Assembly (NCBI RefSeq): GCF_032878955.1
Contig: NZ_CP043839.1
Span: 4,473,185-4,505,184, forward strand
Reading direction: 5' to 3'
From: Butyricimonas paravirosa
GTDB lineage: Bacteria > Bacteroidota > Bacteroidia > Bacteroidales > Marinifilaceae
DNA: 32,000 nt
Shown here: positions 28,610 through 32,000 of the stretch, in pieces
Layout of the letters: every line of letters starts with the position of its first letter
Position numbering within the stretch: position 1 is the stretch's first letter
The notes under the pieces: model-generated
What the model was told of the DNA's origin: nothing
The model's input: only the letters and a program-made list of their open reading frames with translations
The model's database searches: none
Made by a program: the position numbers and the translations under genes

Positions 28610-30220
28610 ATGAAAATGAATTATATTATATTGTTTTTACTTGTTGTTTCTCTTTGTGCTTGCTTTGATGACAAGGGAAATTACGATTACCATGAGGTGG
28701 CGGAAATAACCATTGAGAATGTTCCGGAGGTGATTGAGGTGCTGGGAAATTCCGATCATATCATCGTGAATCCTAAGGTGGTTTCTTCACTGGAAGGAGA
28801 GATCGGGACGGGGAACACCAATTTCGAGTTTAGTTACAAGATTGAGAAAAAATCCGGGGGAACGATCGTGCTTAACCAAAATTGGGTAAACCTGAATCCT
28901 GCCGGGACGTTGAACTTGGACACGTTGGCCGCTTTTTCCGCTGATACGTATATCGGTTGGTTTGCCGTGACGGACAAACGCTCCGGCATACAGACGTCCG
29001 CAACGTTCGATATAAGGGTTTCGTCCCCCACTTACGAGGGATGGATGATACTTTGTGAGGAGGGAGAGAACGCAAGAGTGCGGATGGATATGATTTCCGT
29101 GATCTCGGCCGAGCGGATTATACCGGCTTATGACTTGTTGGCACCCTTGGGGTTACCGGAATCGAAGGGGGCAAAGGGAATCGCATTCTACCCGAACCGG
29201 TATTATAGTCCCAACGACCTGATCTACGTGATGACGGGCGAGGGGGCGTATAAACTGGATCGGGAAACGTTCAAGACGGATAAATCATGGGAGATCGGGT
29301 TTGTCGATTTTATCCTTCCCCCGGAAGGAGAGTATGTCGTACGCTATGAGACGGTAAATAACGCGAGTAACGCGGGTGCGTTGGCCTGCCTTTGCGTGAC
29401 GGATGCCGGAAATGCCTACGCACAGGTACTGGATTATGGTGGGGCCGCTTTCGAGTACCCGATCAACACGTCGGAACGAGGGAAAGCTCCGGAGTACCGG
29501 GTAGCCCCGTACGTGGGTGTGAGCATGGCCCGCTTGGGTAACGGGAAAACGGCTCTGTTTTATGACATGGACAACAAGCGTTTCATGGGATGGAAGTATG
29601 GTTATGTTGCCGATGCCATGCAAACTTTGACTCCCGTGGCTGACCCGGAGAACAGTTTGTTCAGTTTCAAGACGGGGATGGAGCTGGTGTATATGGAGAG
29701 TACCCGTTATTCCAATGGTTTGGTATACTCCGTTTTGCAGGATGCCGGAGGAAAGCGTTGTATTTACGGGATCAATATGTCGAATAACGGTTTCGTACAG
29801 GAGGCGAAGTACGAGAATTTGAATGCACCCGATTTTGACAAGGCGACGATTTTTGCTTTCCATTCTCAATTCCCTTATATGTTCTATGCCGTGGGGAATA
29901 AGGTGTATTTGCATAATTTAGGAACAAACACGACTTACCCGATGAATAATATTGCTTTAGGGGAAAACGAGACTGTTACGATGTTGAAATTTAACCTGTA
30001 CAGGCAATGTTCGTTAAGCGATCTGAATAATCAGTCCGACGAGTTTATGGCTCGGCAGTATGAGTTGATGGTGGGTTCGTATAATACGGCGGCTCCGGAT
30101 AACAATGGCGGGAAGCTAGGGTTCTACCCGGTGGATGGGGTGAATAATAGTGTGACGAAAAGGGCGGAATACAGTGGTTTTGCAAAGATAAAGGATGTCG
30201 TGTATCGTGAGCGGCGATAA
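28610..30220 (+). CDS. PKD-like family surface lipoprotein (PUL accessory)
   Basis: 536 aa with lipobox SLCAC followed by FDDKGNYDYHEV. It is a paralogue of the gene at 6613, with the same order and size. Shared blocks include Y.GW(L/M)IL.E. Confidence 0.6.
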   Translation: MKMNYIILFLLVVSLCACFDDKGNYDYHEVAEITIENVPEVIEVLGNSDHIIVNPKVVSSLEGEIGTGNTNFEFSYKIEKKSGGTIVLNQNWVNLNPAGTLNLDTLAAFSADTYIGWFAVTDKRSGIQTSATFDIRVSSPTYEGWMILCEEGENARVRMDMISVISAERIIPAYDLLAPLGLPESKGAKGIAFYPNRYYSPNDLIYVMTGEGAYKLDRETFKTDKSWEIGFVDFILPPEGEYVVRYETVNNASNAGALACLCVTDAGNAYAQVLDYGGAAFEYPINTSERGKAPEYRVAPYVGVSMARLGNGKTALFYDMDNKRFMGWKYGYVADAMQTLTPVADPENSLFSFKTGMELVYMESTRYSNGLVYSVLQDAGGKRCIYGINMSNNGFVQEAKYENLNAPDFDKATIFAFHSQFPYMFYAVGNKVYLHNLGTNTTYPMNNIALGENETVTMLKFNLYRQCSLSDLNNQSDEFMARQYELMVGSYNTAAPDNNGGKLGFYPVDGVNNSVTKRAEYSGFAKIKDVVYRERR

Positions 30221-30250
30221 CGTGATAGAGAAAAAGTGTTAGAAGTCTTG

Positions 30251-30358
30251 TTTTAAATGACTACCCCCTCCAACTCCCCCTTACACAGGGGAAGGGATGA
30301 TTACCAAGCGGTTCCCCCTCCTGTGTAAGGAGGGGTTAGGGGAGGTAGTTGTTTAAAA
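30251..30358. repeat. ~108-bp imperfect palindromic element rich in C5/G5 tracts (REP/MITE-like; probable terminator of the cassette)
   Basis: The left arm is TTTTAAAtgACTACCCCCTCCAACTCCCCCTTACACAGGGG. The reverse complement of the right arm is TTTTAAAcaACTACCTCCCCTAACCCCTCCTTACACAGGAGG. The arms are roughly four-fifths identical with a perfect TTACACAGG core. The element begins 31 nt after the PKD-like gene stop and has TTTAAA at both ends. Confidence 0.6.
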
Positions 30359-30455
30359 GATGATTTCTTTTCCTTTTGATAAATTCTCTTTTTACTCTTT
30401 GTTATGCGTGAGATCGGTCTACGGCTAAAGAGTGGGAAGAGATCTCCGCGAGGAT

Positions 30456-30581
30456 GGGGGGAAATAAGGGCATACAGATTTCAGATAGGCGTGTCCCCGT
30501 CGGTGTAAAGACGTTCAAGGGGAGCGATTATCGAACGAGGACGAAACGTCTGTGATCTGTGCGTGTGGCCTTATTTCCCCC
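30456..30581. repeat. Long-range inverted repeat enclosing nested stems (unassigned structured element)
   Basis: GGGGGAAATAAGG (30457-30469) pairs perfectly with CCTTATTTCCCCC (30569-30581). ACAGAT (30474-79) pairs with ATCTGT (30555-60). Inner stems are AGACGTT (30510-16)/AACGTCT (30544-50) and TCCCC (30494-98)/GGGGA (30519-23). Confidence 0.45.
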
Positions 30582-30761
30582 TGATCTGTTTTGTAATCGG
30601 GAATGTGATGTAAATAAAATGTGATGGAAGGGGAATTTGTTTTTTGTGGAAAGAAGGTTTGTTGAATAAGATTATGATTAAAATAAAAATATTTATCTTT
30701 GAACTGGACATGAGGAAAAAAGGATCGATGCAAAAAGTATGGATCAAATTGAAAGATTATA

Positions 30762-31292
30762 GTGGATAAAGAAAAGAGGGACACGTTTGAGTTATTGTAT
30801 AAAACTCATTATAAAGAGTTGTATATTCATGCTTTAAGCTTTGTTCGGGATGAAGAAGAAGCAAAAGACATCGTGACGGATGTTTATGAATACGTGTGGA
30901 AGAATTTTGAAAAATTGGATTCTTCGGTTTCTCTGCGTCCCTTTTTATATTCACTGGTTCGTTCCCGTTCTCTTGATTTTTTGAGGAAGGAAAAAACAAA
31001 AGAAAAGTTTTTGGCTTATAAAAAGACCTTTCCCGAAGAGGAGGAGGAATACGTGGAGTATGAGCAACTCATCGAAAAGGTGATGCATATTATTGAGAAT
31101 ATGCCCCAACAGACAGCTACTGTGTTCAAAAAATGTTTTATCGAGCGGAAAAAATATCAAGAGGCGGGGGATGAGTTGGGAATTTCTATTAACACGGTTC
31201 GTTGGCATATAACGAAGGCAATCAGTATATTAAGGGGACAAATGTCTGATGTCGAAATGATATTGTTATATGCGTTTTTCTTAAAAAAATAA
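30762..31292 (+). CDS. ECF (sigma-70 family, group IV) RNA polymerase sigma factor
   Basis: 176 aa from a GTG start. The region 2-like segment is YKELYIHALSFVRDEEEAKDIVTDVYEYVW and the region 4 HTH is YQEAGDELGISINTVRWHITKAISILR. A TATCTTTG (-7-like) word lies at 30694-30701. A FecR gene follows. Confidence 0.85.
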   Translation: MDKEKRDTFELLYKTHYKELYIHALSFVRDEEEAKDIVTDVYEYVWKNFEKLDSSVSLRPFLYSLVRSRSLDFLRKEKTKEKFLAYKKTFPEEEEEYVEYEQLIEKVMHIIENMPQQTATVFKKCFIERKKYQEAGDELGISINTVRWHITKAISILRGQMSDVEMILLYAFFLKK

Positions 31293-31360
31293 AAAATATT
31301 GTTTTTTGACCCACATCATTTACCATGCTTTACGTGTAATAGTAAAATGAACGTGAAGTT

Positions 31361-32000
31361 ATGAAATTCGAGAAAGAAGAAGATCGTTTAAATTTTGTCA
31401 TTGAGATACTGAATCATCCTGAGTTATTGCAGGAAGTTCGGGTGCAGGAATGGTTGGCAGAACCCCGTAACAAGGATTTGTACGAGGAATGTCGGAGGTA
31501 CTTGGAAGGAGGGCTTCGGCTGACCGTGGGTGATCAGTTGGATGTGGAGGGAGAATATCGGAATTTTACCCGGAAGATGAAATCCGGTGGTCGGTCTCGA
31601 CGAATGACTTGGTTTTCTGTGGCTGCAGCCGTGGTTATACTTATTTCCGCCAGTTGGTGGTTGTTGGAAAATTCGTTGTCGTCGAAAAAGCAAGAGGTGA
31701 TTCCGGTGGCAGAGCACATTGTCCCCGGAAAAAATCAAGCTGTGTTGATTACGGAATCCGGAGAGGAACTTGTTTTGAGTGCATCCGGGAGTGAAAGTCG
31801 GGAGCTGGGTGAAGGTATCCGTGTGGAGTACGATAGTCTGAGAGGGATTAATTACAATTTGGCCAAGGGGGCTGTGGTCAGTTATCACACGCTTCGAGTA
31901 CCCAAGGGGGCAGAGTATAAATTGACCTTGAATGATGGAACCGTTGTATGGTTGAATTCTGAATCGGAATTGCGTTACCCAACTTCTTTCGTGGGTGAAA
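31361..32000 (+). CDS. FecR-family anti-sigma factor, 3' end cut off by the window edge
   Basis: This is my own translation from ATG 31361; it is absent from the ORF track because no stop falls in the window. It reads MKFEKEEDRLNFVIEILNHPELLQEVRVQEWLAEP..., then the TM helix WFSVAAAVVILISASWWLL, then ...YHTLRVPKGAEYKLTLNDGTVVWLNSESELRYP. This is colinear with the first FecR. Confidence 0.8.
   Translation, partial: MKFEKEEDRLNFVIEILNHPELLQEVRVQEWLAEPRNKDLYEECRRYLEGGLRLTVGDQLDVEGEYRNFTRKMKSGGRSRRMTWFSVAAAVVILISASWWLLENSLSSKKQEVIPVAEHIVPGKNQAVLITESGEELVLSASGSESRELGEGIRVEYDSLRGINYNLAKGAVVSYHTLRVPKGAEYKLTLNDGTVVWLNSESELRYPTSFVGE

Noticed and set aside
26383-29914. Long minus-strand ORFs (26383-26997 204 aa, 26880-27380 166 aa, 27777-28550 257 aa, 29285-29914 209 aa) antisense to SusD-2, DUF4843-2 and PKD-like-2
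   Set aside because: Their translations are Arg/His/Pro/Ser-rich and of low complexity, with no recognisable motifs. Each lies fully inside a well-supported plus-strand gene. Stop-poor antisense frames are expected in the more GC-rich block.
30530-30560. Hammerhead-ribozyme-like CGAAAC-GTC word
   Set aside because: The obligatory CUGAUGA box is absent on either strand in the vicinity (only CTGATCT occurs), so the catalytic core cannot be built.
31424-31888. 154-aa minus-strand ORF
   Set aside because: It is antisense to the FecR-2 coding frame, whose translation aligns colinearly with FecR-1. Its own translation is of low complexity (Pro/His/Gln-rich).

Overview
The window looks like a Bacteroidota (Bacteroidales-like) chromosome. 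Support: SusC/SusD pairs, many lipoprotein signal peptides, and TTTG/TAnnTTTG promoter words. Almost everything is on the + strand. (1) 1-17959: the 3' part of a FecR anti-sigma gene, then a tightly packed ~17 kb operon-like run. Its order is SusC (with STN signalling domain), SusD, DUF4843-like lipoprotein, PKD-like lipoprotein, GH63/trehalase-like hydrolase, GH2 beta-galactosidase, M28 peptidase, ABC ATPase, and a fused ABC-2 permease/GldG-like protein. A 14-bp bidirectional hairpin closes the run. (2) 18000-19049 (-): a Zn-dependent alcohol dehydrogenase. (3) ~19050-22600: an AT-rich accessory islet with no integrase. It holds an AbiEi/AbiEii abortive-infection TA pair followed by a translationally coupled HNH nuclease + HIT (histidine triad) protein pair. 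That pair is my best candidate for an undescribed two-gene defence or toxin-immunity module. (4) 22599-22793: a near-perfect Bacteroides-type promoter driving a ~160-nt highly structured RNA that ends in U8. I cannot assign it to a family; it could be an sRNA or a riboswitch-like leader. (5) 23148-30220: a second SusC-SusD-DUF4843-PKD-like cassette that is visibly more GC-rich, has no STN domain and has no adjacent regulator. (6) 30251-30581: two long imperfect palindromes. (7) 30762-32000: an ECF sigma factor plus a 3'-truncated FecR that start a third locus. I found no rRNA, tRNA, CRISPR array, transposase or integrase by eye. All family calls come from motif recognition in the supplied translations; no searches were run.
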